Source of the DNA: Syncephalis fuscata S228
Taxonomy: Eukaryota > Fungi > Zoopagomycota
Length of the DNA: 64,000 bases
Direction: 5' to 3'
Assembly: GCA_025786725.1 (NCBI GenBank)
Contig: JAHLTZ010000015.1
Span: forward strand, 496,001-560,000
Both the position numbers and the translations under genes were made by a program. The first letter of the stretch is position 1. Each line of letters opens with the position of its first letter. Shown in pieces: positions 16,619 to 27,957 of this stretch. The notes beneath the pieces are model-generated. The model saw only the letters and a program-made list of their open reading frames with translations, was not told the origin of the DNA and did not search any database.

Positions 16619-18507
16619 TTATTCTATAGTCATGAGCACATATAAAATATTATATGGTTAGCGTATGAGTTAGCATTATATGATTCTACTTACAATCTAT
16701 TAATACAAGGCATCAAACACGTAAAGTGTACAGTATATATTTAATGCATCGTCAATAATATACAGTATTACTTACGAGCTATTAATACAAGTCATCAAAC
16801 ACAAAGAATATGATAGTTGTTTAACGTATAGCCAATTAATATACAATGCCACTTACATTCTATTATGTTAAGTTATTGATAAGCACAATACAAGTATATA
16901 ATTAGTGTATAGCCAGTTAATATACAATACCATAATTGTTAAGTGAAACCCCCCCCCTCCTGTTTTTTAGGTAAAACAATATGCAAGCCAGTTTAAACAA
17001 GTAGGTCCAAAAACAAGACCTTGGCCAGAATAGCCAAGGAAAAACAATTGGGATCAACTTCAAGAGAATAGTGCTGTGTAGCACCATTCAAAAAAAAGAT
17101 GGTCCCGCATGAGATCTATATGGACCGGATTTTGCGCAAAAACGTAGCAGTCCACCCGTTAAAAGTTTGGAAAAGTCCAAAAATAGTGGGAAGCAGCGCA
17201 AATGCTTTAATTATGTGCAGCGGGGGCTCACAAGCTTTTCAAAATAAAATAAAAATATAATATAATATTACTTACTGCCTATTAATAAAAGTCATCAAAC
17301 ACGCAAAATGTACGGTATGTATTTAGTGCATAGTCAATTAATATACAATAACACTTACCCTCTATTAATACAAGTCATCAAACACGTAAAGTGCACGGTA
17401 TATGCTTAGCGTATAGTCAATTAATATATAATACTACTTACGACCTATTAATACAAGCCATCAAACACACAAAATGTACAATATATGTTTAGTGCATAGT
17501 TAATCAATATATAATGCCACTTACCAACTATTAATACAAGTCATCAAACGCAAAAAGTGCACAGTATATAATTAATGCATAGTCAACTAATATACAATAC
17601 TACTTACAACCTATCAATACAAGTCACCAAACACACAAAATGTACGGCATATGTTTAGTGCATAGTCAATCAATATATAACATTACTTACCAACTATTAA
17701 TATAAGTCATCAAACACACAAAGTGCATGGTATATATTTAGTGCATAGTCGAGCAATATACAATGTCACTTACAAGCTATTAATACAAGTCATCAAACAC
17801 GCAAAGTGCACAGTATATATTTAGTGCATAGTCAATCAATGTACGATATCACTTACGAGCTATTAATACAGGTTATCGAACACACAAAGTGCACAGTATA
17901 TATTTAGTGCATAATCAATTAATTATTACTATTGCTATTTACCTCCTATTAATACGAGTAATCGAACACACAAAGTGCACAGTATATATTTAGTGCATAA
18001 TCAATTAATTATTACTATTGCTATTTACCTCCTATTAATACGAGTAATCGAACACACAAAGTGCACAGTATATATTTAGTGCATAATCAATTAATTATTC
18101 TTATTGTTATTTACCTCCTATTAGTATAGATAGGCAATGTTAGTATCAGCAATATAATTTGTTTTATATTAAACCTACTTTTAACCAATGGTGCTATTTT
18201 ATTTGTTTTACATTAAAAACAACAATTAATTATTATGCCAATAACTATGTGCAATCAACAATTACCATCTATTTGCCATGTCCATTATTTGGATAACATA
18301 CGATAAGCGCTGGAATAATGAGTCAATAATTGCGACTTACCATCTAATATTATCATTGGTTAAACATAATGTTAGCAAACATTTCAAATTTCAAATTTAT
18401 GACTACAACATACCACGACGAACCAAAGTTGGCTTAGCATCCACCATGGCTGTACTGGCTACAAGGGCCACGAGGACGGTGCAGACGACGGCAATAGAAA
18501 GCTTCAT
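16619..18507 (-). CDS. Micro-exon-encoded secreted peptide precursor, copy A (19 exons, 16 of them 3 nt): MKLSIAVVCTVLVALVASTAMVDAKPTLVRR-DDAPLVKR-GGAPFGFGQGKSH
   Basis: Exon 1 at 18507-18414. 3-nt exons at 18341 and 18266. 15-nt exon at 18179-18193. 3-nt exons starting at 18115, 18029, 17943, 17857, 17774, 17691, 17608, 17525, 17442, 17359, 17276, 16857, 16776 and 16694. Last exon from 16623 (AATAA). Every exon is bounded by AG|...|GTA. The spliced frame stays open for 52 codons, then TAA TAA. Confidence 0.8.
16640..18120 (-). repeat. Tandem array of 83-86 bp intron + 3-nt exon units
   Basis: Unit consensus (minus strand) GTAAGTRGTATTRTATATT...ATGCACTAAAYATATAC...TTTGTGTGTTTGATGACTTGTATTAATAG-NNN. 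Exact 83-bp spacing over 17276-17857 and 86-bp spacing over 17857-18115. Confidence 0.95.
16933..17255 (+). mobile_element. SINE copy lacking the tRNA-like head, inside an intron of the micro-exon array
   Basis: Aligns to the body and (TAAAA)n tail of the element at 44948-45342 but lacks its first ~70 nt. Degenerate AATATACAATAC-like flanking duplication. Confidence 0.7.
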
Positions 18508-18644
18508 GGTGAGATTGATTTGTTAAGACAAACAAGTAGAGTGAACGACAGAGTATGTCAAGTGCAAAGTAGGCAGAGTGAGTATTTGGCAGAAAGCAGA
18601 ATGTGATGATGATACTGCTGGTTAGTTGTGTGTATTTTGTGGGC

Positions 18645-18652
18645 TATTTATA
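18645..18652 (-). promoter_or_regulatory. TATA box (TATAAATA) of micro-exon peptide gene copy A
   Basis: About 140 bp upstream of the ATG at 18507. Identical context (ATATTAATATAAATAGCCCACAAAATACAC) in copy B. Confidence 0.55.
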
Positions 18653-18877
18653 TTAATATTTATTTTGAAGCACCAGCAATGTATCCTATAGAATATACCA
18701 TTGAATACAGTGTAAACCAATAAAATGTATTGATATGACGATTTAGCAGGCATGGATGAATAACTGTAGTGTGCATTCTATACGTGCAATGGTAGTCTTC
18801 AAAGGTATTCACATGATGATTTGAAGTATGCGTATAGCAATGTACTAATGACATGCTAATGTGCAACCATGCCCTTG

Positions 18878-19630
18878 ATTCAACCTGTTTGGCTTTTGCT
18901 CAGATGACGCGGCGAACCTAACCACCTGGTACATCTATGGTAGAAATTTGTGTACTATTCTTTACAATATCGTACATGGTTTGAACATGTAATGCAAACC
19001 AAATCCATTGATTCTATAGAAGCAATAATGATACGCCTTTGTGTTCTTGCTATTGCTTTTACCGAAAAATTAATCCCCAACTTGACCGTAAGATGCAAAC
19101 TGAAACAACTGGTTCTACAGAAATAATGATGCTCCGTTGTTGTTTCTTTACTTTAACCTGCTTACCATTTGCACAAAGGACCCGACAATCTCAATCATTC
19201 AGTACACCTATGGTAGAAATTCGTGTACTATTCTTTACAATATCGTACATGGTTTGACCATGCAATGCAAACCAAGTTCATTGATTCTATAGAAGCAATG
19301 ATGATACGCATTTGTGTTCTTGCTATTGCTTTTACCGAAAAATTAATCCCCAACTTGACCGTAAGACGCAAACTGAAACAATTGGTTTTACAGAAATAAT
19401 GATGCTCCGTTGTTGTTTCTTTACTTTAACCTGCTTAACATTTGCACAAAGGACCCGACAATCTCAATCATTCAGTACATCTATGGTAGAAATCCATGTA
19501 CTAATATTTACTGTACTGTGCATGATTTGACCATACAATACAAACTGAGTCTATTGGTTCTATAGAAGCAGTAGTAACACAACAATGTGTTTTGCTGTTG
19601 CTTTTACCGAAACATTTTAATCCCCAATAT
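18878..19630. repeat. ~273-bp tandem repeat (about 2.5 copies) upstream of peptide gene A
   Basis: TACAYCTATGGTAGAAAT recurs at ~18930, 19203 and 19476. The duplicated ORFs at 19039 and 19312 are 273 bp apart. Confidence 0.9.
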
Positions 19631-20139
19631 TTGCATCCTTTCAAACTGCGCATAACTCGTAAGATAGTGCATTGCCTTTGAACAAACCCCGATATAATCT
19701 TTTTGTGGAATTAGGTCTGTTTTGACACCAAACTGCATTCTCTTCATTTTATAGACGACTACAAGGTTTATTAATAGTCGGTAAATAAAAGCTATTTATT
19801 ATTATTTCAAACTGCACAACACATATACAAAAGCAACATTAATAAATTGAGTTTCTTTACATACCTATAATGTTGTGCATAAGCCAGTTACAATGATTAA
19901 ATCGTGCAATATATTGGTTGGTTCATGTGACCATTCTACTTGCCATTGCAGCTTAGCTACAAAAATTACCAATTTATTTTTAGCACTGTCTTACTAATCA
20001 TTGATACAGGCCTTATCGCTATCAGTCAATTCCTGTTATTAATTATTGGCTGCTGCGTAATGGTATTCCCGATAATGAAGCACTAAACTCGAGTATTAAT
20101 GGTATATTACTTAGTGGCAACACTGATATACAAGCAACT

Positions 20140-20640
20140 TGTTTGGTTAAACTATACTTTGACTTTTACATTTGTCCCCAAAGCACAATTCATTTCAATT
20201 AGACTCATGCCATTATTATGCACAACATAGTTATATTATTTTCTATTAAAATGTTGTTAATAAACTGATTTAAATAAATAATGTAACATGTTATTTGGTT
20301 TCTTTAAAACATTCGAGGCCGATTATTATTGTTGTTGGACATGTATAGAAAGATTAATCGAATATTAATAGAAGCCATACGATTGCAATTCCATATTGTT
20401 CTGTATTTGTTGCATCTACGTACAGCATGGATTCTTGCGTTTGAATGGTCTGTTTTATTTTCCAATCTTCTAGTATTGCATTTTGTGCATATTTAATTAC
20501 ATTATTGTATTGATAATTACACATGAATTGCTTAATGTTGGATGCAATATTATACATGTTATAGTAATAAATGGGTGTTTAATTGTATTTAAAAGTGTTG
20601 AGAGGTGAAATGGATAAATAAAAATGTAAGAGTCAAAATA
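20140..20640 (+). repeat. Diverged partial copy of the dispersed element family also at 30680-31740, 34590-34800 and 46740-48113
   Basis: Shared strings GCACAACATAGTTATATT, CATGTRTAGAAAGATT, GCATCTACGTACAGCATG and AATTACACATGAATT. Confidence 0.75.
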
Positions 20641-21002
20641 TAGTAGCTTCGTACTTAAATAACAACTTAACGAGAACTATTTAATTTATTATAATAATTA
20701 TAGTTTATTGTAGATTTACATCCCAAATTATCAAGCATTTAAGATAAAGTATATGGAGCAAGATTGCAACAATGGGACTTAATAATAGTGTTAAAGATAT
20801 TCTTAACAGATTATGAATCCATGGTAACATTTTAATATAGTCTCAAAAAATATGGCTATCTAAAAATGACCACTTTTGACACCAGATGAACAATTTGTTT
20901 TAATAACGTTTAGTTTTTTGTTAACCATTGCATTTCAGTAAACCTTTTTTATAAAAGTAAAGGTCGTCGACTATAACTACGCGATAGCTTCTCTATTTCA
21001 CA

Positions 21003-21953
21003 ATGCCTGTTTTGCTTATTACTGGTGCTTCGCGCGGAATTGGTCATGCCTGTATTGTACGGGCATTAGCACAAGCCAATGTCAATGTATTTGCCGTTGC
21101 TCGCTCACAAGAAGCATTAGAGGAACTGGCTAGCCAGTATTCAAATCGATTTGCCTATCTAAAGGCCGATTTAACCAAAAAAGAAGCTTGCGAACAAGCT
21201 GTAAATAATTGTATTGCAGAATTTGGCAGGTTAGATGCTATTGTCCACAGTGCAGGGTAAGAGTAATATGATAAATACGAGATAATATACTTACTTTTAT
21301 TTCATAGTGGTTTAGAGCCAATAGCTAAAGTAGCGATTTTGATATTGATGTATGGAAAAGGTGAGTCAATGGCTATTTAAATAGTAAGAAATTAATCACT
21401 TTATACAGCTTGTTTGATATCAACTTTTTTCAATACTCGAACTGACCAAGGCTGCACTGCCGCACCTTCGACAAACTAAAGGTGCAATGGTAATGCTTAG
21501 TTCTGGTGCTGCTTCCAATGCCTACAATGGGTGGGGTGCCTATTGCACGTAAGCAAACAACATGCTTGTCCAGCAATTGTAGCTTAAGTCTATCTAGATC
21601 CAAATCCGCCTTGAAAATGCTGACCATGGTTTTGGCCAAAGAAGAACCGGATGTTACAACAATCGATCTACTTCCTGGTCGCGCCGATACCTCGATGCAA
21701 GCTCTAATTCGAGCTAAAGGTAAGAATTAATGTATAATGCAAGTGTTGATACTTATCTTTTTACCGTTTAGGTTCGGAAGCCATGGATTCAGCGGCTTAT
21801 GATTCTTTTAAACAAGCAAAAGACGAAGGAACACTCGTACGACCTGAAGATGCTGCCAAATCCATTATTGCACTAGCACTTCATGCCCGTGGTAGTCAGT
21901 GGAATGGGCGTGCTGTTAACTGGCGTGATAATGACGTCCAACAACTGATTTAA
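21003..21953 (+). CDS. Short-chain dehydrogenase/reductase (apparent frameshift near 21335)
   Basis: LITGASRGIG Rossmann motif, RLDAIVHSAG, SSGAA, GWGAYCT|SK (YxxxK), PGRADTSMQ. Confidence 0.88.
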
Positions 21954-22106
21954 AGTGAAAAATATAGCTAGATGAGATGTATACATCGTAGATAAAGTAA
22001 ATAAAACTTATGTTTATTAATTTCTATTAGGCACCATTATGGCACATGCAGTTGAAAATTACGTAAGAACAGCAATATTTCTCCTATTATATATGCGTTT
22101 TCATTC

Positions 22107-23694
22107 TTATTCATCTAGGTCAGACATTAATTCGGCCAATTCGCGTTCTTCCTCTTCAGTTAGCAAATCGTTGTCTCGTTTGACTGGTTGCTCAGATTCT
22201 GCTGACTCTTTGAATTCATCCTCTGGTTTATTAGCAAATTTTCCTGCAACAATATCTAATAGCAAGGTCAGTTCAACCATTTAGTGCTATAACTTCATAT
22301 TAGTCTTACCAGAGATTGGCCAGCGACGAATCGTGCTGTCAAGCGAGCCTGTATATAATATACCATTATGAGCAATAATCGACATAATTTCATCGTAATG
22401 GCCTTCCATTGTAGCAATTAGCTGGCCCGACTATTGATGTATACATAAATATGCATATATATTACATTTATTAATAAATATTTATGAATAATTATATAAC
22501 ATTCGATTACTTACTGCAATATCAAATGCCCGAACATGCTCATCACGACACCCTGTCATTGCATACGGTCCAATAACACTAACACTACGTACTGCATCCG
22601 GATGTTCTAAAGCTGTATCCTCTGTGCATGTCTAAACCGTCAAATATTTAGTTATACTTCGATTATACTAAAATTACACTCACCTCTAAATCCCAACGGC
22701 GTACTGTTTTGTCAGCTGATGCCGTCCACATATCACCGGTAACACCTTCAATAGCTGATGTATGTACATCAAATATACTTGTGTCGTGGCCAGTCAACGT
22801 AGCAACACAGCGACATGTATCGATATCCCAGCAGCGTACCGTGCCATCAGTACCGGCCGTCCATAGCCATTCACGTATCGTAGTGGCAGTAGTAGTAGTA
22901 GTAGGAGTAGGAGTAGTCGAACCATCCTCCAACTTCTTCAGTGTAGGATTGGGCCCAATAGTAATTGTTACTGATTCAACCTGTCCTCGATGCTCATTTT
23001 CATAAACACCAAGACAAGCACCGGTAACCAGTGACCAGCGACGTGCCGTACCATCGGCCGACACCGAGTAGGCAGTAGTTGGATGGCCAGCCTGACTTGC
23101 CCCATCAATTAAATGATCTTTACCAATGACTACCGCTTTAATAAAATCCGAATGGCCACGTAAAGTCAATAGCGCTTCTTTTGTTTCTGCATTCCATAGG
23201 CAAAGTGTTTTATCCCATGAACCACTTAATAATAATTCTTCCTCCTTCTTTCCAGTTGTTGACTCAACGCAACGGCAAAAAGCCGCCACTGAAGTGACAG
23301 GACCGGCGTGACCTTTATACAATTTGACTGTTTTACCCGTCTAAATAAATTATTAATATTAATAATGCCACACTCAACTCTAATCTGTATTATCCAATTG
23401 ACTTACCAATAAATTGACCTTACGTGCTGTATGGTTTGAATTGCCCACGTAAGCATAGGCTGTTTGTCCATCACTACTGCTGTCCTTGCTGCTATTACTT
23501 CCAGGTGCTAATATCATACATAATATCTTAGAAGGTAGTTCAATAGGATTGCCTAGTTGTTTATCCTTCTTCTCGCGTCGTCGCAAACCATCTGCTATTT
23601 GTTGGTCTGTCTGGAATAGCGCGCTTGTTTGTGAAGCATCGGCAATTGATGGGCCTAGTGGCAATGTTGAACTTAACGACGAGCTGTTTGTCAT
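22107..23694 (-). CDS. WD40-repeat protein
   Basis: Multiple GH...WD repeats (GHAGPVTSV, SGSWDKTLCLWN, GHSDFIKAV, GHDTSIFDV, GHYDEI). Acidic C-terminus EEERELAELMSDLDE. Confidence 0.85.
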
Positions 23695-23889
23695 ATTAAA
23701 AGATAAAGAATGCGTGTATGAGATGAGAATAAGCTGTGCTGCACGGTTCCAGTTAAGAGCGCGTGAAACATTTTTACTCGCTTCTGTAATACATTGAATA
23801 AAGAATATTTTATTAATATTATTAACATTATTATTCGCCATTCTTGTATTGGATCTTGTTTTTAGTTTTGTATAGGCTTAGTTTCTACT

Positions 23890-25142
23890 ATGTCAGATCC
23901 GTATGCTCCAGTTGGTTTGCCGGAAGACACACCACCGGAGGAGATTGCTCAGCTGCGCGTGCAATCTCCTGGTACTACATTTGTTGTTGGCTCACGTAAA
24001 TCGCAGCTTGCTTTAATACAAACTGAACATGTTCGTGGAGTATTGCGTTCACTGGCGACTAAGCCTATTCAGCTGCCGCTCACTACCATGACAACAACTG
24101 GCGATCATATTCTAGATCAACCATTGGCAGCAATAGGTTCAAAGTCGCTGTTTACCAAAGAACTCGAGTTTGCTTTGATGGATGGTAGTGTGGATTTTGT
24201 CGTGCATAGCTTAAAGGATTTGCCGACAACATTACCCGATGGCCTTAATATTGGCGCAGTATTAGTAAGAGAGGATCCAAGCGATGCTATCGTCATACGC
24301 AAAGATCTAAGTGAAACAGCACTTGGTGTACAAGTAATGGCTGAAGGATTAGGCGCTCTACCCGCTGGTTCTGTTATTGGTACTAGCAGTGTGCGTCGCC
24401 GAGCTCAGCTAAAGCGCGCATATCCGCATCTTGAGTTTCGTGATGTGGTAAGTAGGCTATGTTCTGCGTTTAAGTCTTGGATAGTGTATCAATTGCTTAT
24501 GATGTTTAATAGCGAGGCAATCTCAATACTCGGTTAAAAAAATTGGATACACTACGTGAGAATGGCGATACTGAAAGCAAGCATGTCTATTCGGTTTTAA
24601 TTCTTGCTGCGGCTGGACTACATCGACTTGGATGGCAATCACGAATCAGCGGCTACCTTTCGCATAATGTCTGCTTGCATGCAGTAGGACAAGGCGCACT
24701 GGCTGTTGAATGCCGCAGCAATGATCCACGTACACTTTCGTGTCTATCCCCGCTCGAACACGCTGGTACACGTGTCCGTGTGGAGGCAGAACGAGCCGTA
24801 ATGCGTACACTTGAAGGCGGATGTAGCGTGCCGATAGGTGTATGGACGGAAATAGTTACAGCACATCAACTGCATCAGGACACAGTGATCGAAGATGCAA
24901 CAAGCAATGATACATCTGCATACGAATCGCTCATTGGGGCGCAGCTAACACTGCATGCGGTCGTTGTGGCAGTCGATGGCACAAAACAAGCCATTGGAAA
25001 GCGTCAAACGATTCTAAAAGGCAACGAGCCGGATAAATATATTGCCCATTTGCGTGAACAAGCAGCTAAACTTGGTCGTGAACTAGCACAAGATTTAAAA
25101 GATCGTGGTGCTGACGAAATACTTCAAGCGATAGCACGATAA
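23890..25142 (+). CDS. HEM3: Porphobilinogen deaminase (hydroxymethylbilane synthase), one intron
   Basis: GSRKSQLALIQT, LFTKELE, VHSLKDLPT, GTSSVRR, RGNLNTRLKKLD, AVGQGALAVE, LEGGCSVPIG. Confidence 0.95.
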
Positions 25143-27957
25143 ATAACAAGTAAATGAATAAATATTCTTTATTATAAGACCATTGAATGGCCAGAAACCG
25201 TCACCGATCACTAGCTCACACAGTGTAGATCTATGTAATTGTTGACTCAGCCTATCGTAAAACAACGCTGCCTTATTCGTTCTGATTATTTCATGCAAAT
25301 TAATTCGCCTTTTCAGCTTTTGCATTTTGTGCATGGATATGAAAGTGTCTATACTATACTGGCAGCTAATGTCATACAACGATTGGTTCATCTATTTTTA
25401 CTACAAGTCAAATAACTTTTCCGCCTTTATCTCCATTTGTCTATTCTACAACGCCAAAGGATTGCTAACAAGTATAGTATACTGCCCATGTGGTTTTTCC
25501 AACCACTTATAACGAAAATAGAGTAAGGAGCTACCATTTTAAACCACTATCTAAATGATATACGCTATTCTATTTTTAATTGTGTGTGTGAATTTATTTA
25601 TTCTTTGAGTAAATTAGTAACATATGTTTCGTGTCCATCCTAAAGTGTAATTCAGAATAGTGAGCGGACACAAAAGATGAACAGGACCCATTGCATGCGG
25701 CCATTGCTTCTATAGAATGAAAAGACAGTATCGGCTGGGTAACTGTTTGTTCTAACCTGTAATCCATTTTGGAAACAGGCACATTAGCATTATTACGTGG
25801 GCTCAGAACAAGGCCACCCGTTCAATAACTGTTTCACTTATAGATATCTGCAAATATTTCATATGCACGCTATTGATGGTAACCATTTGTTTTAAGCACT
25901 GATGAATAATGAGACATGCATGCCATGCAATGGCAGATGGTTAACACCATGCGTATCTGCGTATATTTACATGAATGGCAGTGAATGACCAGTATTACAA
26001 CAGCTACTATAGAAGTGGTACTACCATTGCGGCTATGCTTATGCTGGCTGTAATACCTTTTGATACGTAAACTATATGACTGATGGTGATTACCGAAAAT
26101 AAACATCTTTGGGAAAAGTTATTCGCAGCCTTTCCTTCCTTCACATGATGTAATTCACTATTTACAACCCGCTAGAACATAATACCCACGTGGCGTGATA
26201 CTATTGTTTTTTACGTTTGAGTGTATTCAATCTTGATAACGCAGCGTTTCTGTAACCTGTAACTTGTGTCTCCATTAGTTGAGCGCTGTTGCTAAATTCG
26301 GCCATACTTGCCGACGACTAATTTTTCAGCTGAAAAGACAATTTTACAAATGGCATGATTACATCCGCTGGCATGGCACAATGTCGCCACGTACTATCCA
26401 ATGGCATCATGCTATCGTTATCGTCATTAGTGCTACTCGTAGCAATGGCGACAATGCGTTTATATCATCATTCATACGTTTATTCAGTGTACTCCATGTA
26501 ATTAACCTACTAATAAGACATTTTGTTCGGGCCATGAGGTGGTACATGTATACAAACATGGAAAAAAGCCATGATAAACACTTGACACATGACTGGTACG
26601 CACAACAAACACATATCTGCATGCATCAGTGTCATAGGCACTAAAGGGGAGTAATGGCATGCAGACATTCTCTCGCCATAAAGGTGTGTGTGTGTGTGTG
26701 TGTGTGCTTGTTTTTGCAACATACTAAAAATTCAGTCTGGGAAACGTGAAACTGTTGTTGTTAACAAAAGGCTGACCTACAAATACTATATATAATTATA
26801 TTAATCATACATCTTGCCCACGATTGGTCATTGCCGATTGTGCTAAACAGTTCGAATACACCAGTTATAATTACACTGTGATGCTGTTCCCATCTTCCTC
26901 AGCTCCTTTTTTTTCGTTGTTTAAAATTATTAAAAACACATTGTTCTATCGGTGCAACCATTTCAAACGGTATTGTCACCTCTTTTATAAATCATCACAC
27001 CCGATCGACACTGCTCATTTCCCACTCCCACTCTTTTACTTCCTTTTTACCTCTGTTGATATCGCGTTGCTCCCGGGTCAGCTCAGTAACTGCCACTATC
27101 ATTATACTGCATAACTACATTTTCTAAGGTGTGTATCATGTGAATTTAAAACACTTTTATATTACATTATTACATTATTACACTATTATATCGAACAAGT
27201 TGTATATTAAAAAGGCGTTTATCTACCATTTAACTGTGACGCCGTTGCCGCGACGGTCGGCACAAATACTAATATCGCTAGTGCTAACAACCTTGATACT
27301 GCACTGATCCGGTTTATGCATGTAGCAGACAAAGAAAACTGTATTGTTTTTAAAAATAGCATAAACGTCTATTGAGTGTCGAATTTAATGTATCTACATA
27401 CTGCTTGCCGACACCACAAGTCTAGAGCATGATGCATATGCAATTGATCATTATAGCTGCGAGAAGTATAGATACACACATATATGCTCCTTCTCCTTGA
27501 TGCTCAAAATGTTATGTTAAAATGTACATTACAATTATTGCCCCTTTATTGCGGCTAAAATTGGATCGATCATGTTTGTTGATACTCCCTGCGCCTAATT
27601 ATGGTAGCGTTTGCCAATGTTAAACTGCTCGTTTCTTTGCATTGTCAGCTCTCCTTAGTTTGCATGGCATCATTTACTTATTAACTGTGATCGAGCGGTA
27701 TTGATGCTTCATTATATGTATGCGTATGCGTGTATTTGTTAACTTTATCCATTTGTCATTTTACAATTGGTATAGTTCCATACACATCTATAGATCATTA
27801 GCGTATTTACATTCCGATTATTTGAATGATTTAAATTTATTTTACTATAATTAACACGCGTCTTCCTTTGTCATTTAGGCAAATTCTCACTTTGTTGCCT
27901 AATTTGGGTGATTACATTTCCAAGACCGACTAGCGCTTGCTAATATTTGCGGTGATT

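Larger units (their letters stand above)
16200..20100 (-). repeat. Segmental duplication arm A (inverted copy of ~43133-45997)
   Basis: The reverse complement matches 43133-45997 across the upstream region, 273-bp repeats, exon 1, first introns and 3' flank. Confidence 0.9.

Noticed and set aside
16640-18120. CRISPR array or plain minisatellite
   Set aside because: Eukaryotic context, no cas genes, and the variable part is only 3 nt bounded by AG and GT splice signals. An intron/micro-exon array explains it better.
18302-18309. Possible extra 8-nt exon (CAG|CGCTTATC|GTATGT) inside intron 2 of the peptide genes
   Set aside because: It would need 31- and 33-nt introns and would shift the frame, destroying the downstream KR site. 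It is present in both copies, so it is worth checking in cDNA.
18278-18526. 82-aa plus-strand ORF and its paralog at 44437-44808 (minus)
   Set aside because: Antisense shadows of the signal-peptide exon and first introns. The opposite strand has the TATA box, ATG, signal peptide and splice sites.
19039-19530. Two near-identical 72-aa ORFs
   Set aside because: By-products of the 273-bp tandem repeat, with non-ATG starts and no recognisable protein features.
25150-27900. Many short ORFs in the HEM3-Myb intergenic region
   Set aside because: Low-complexity, mutually overlapping and without recognisable domains or consistent splice structure.
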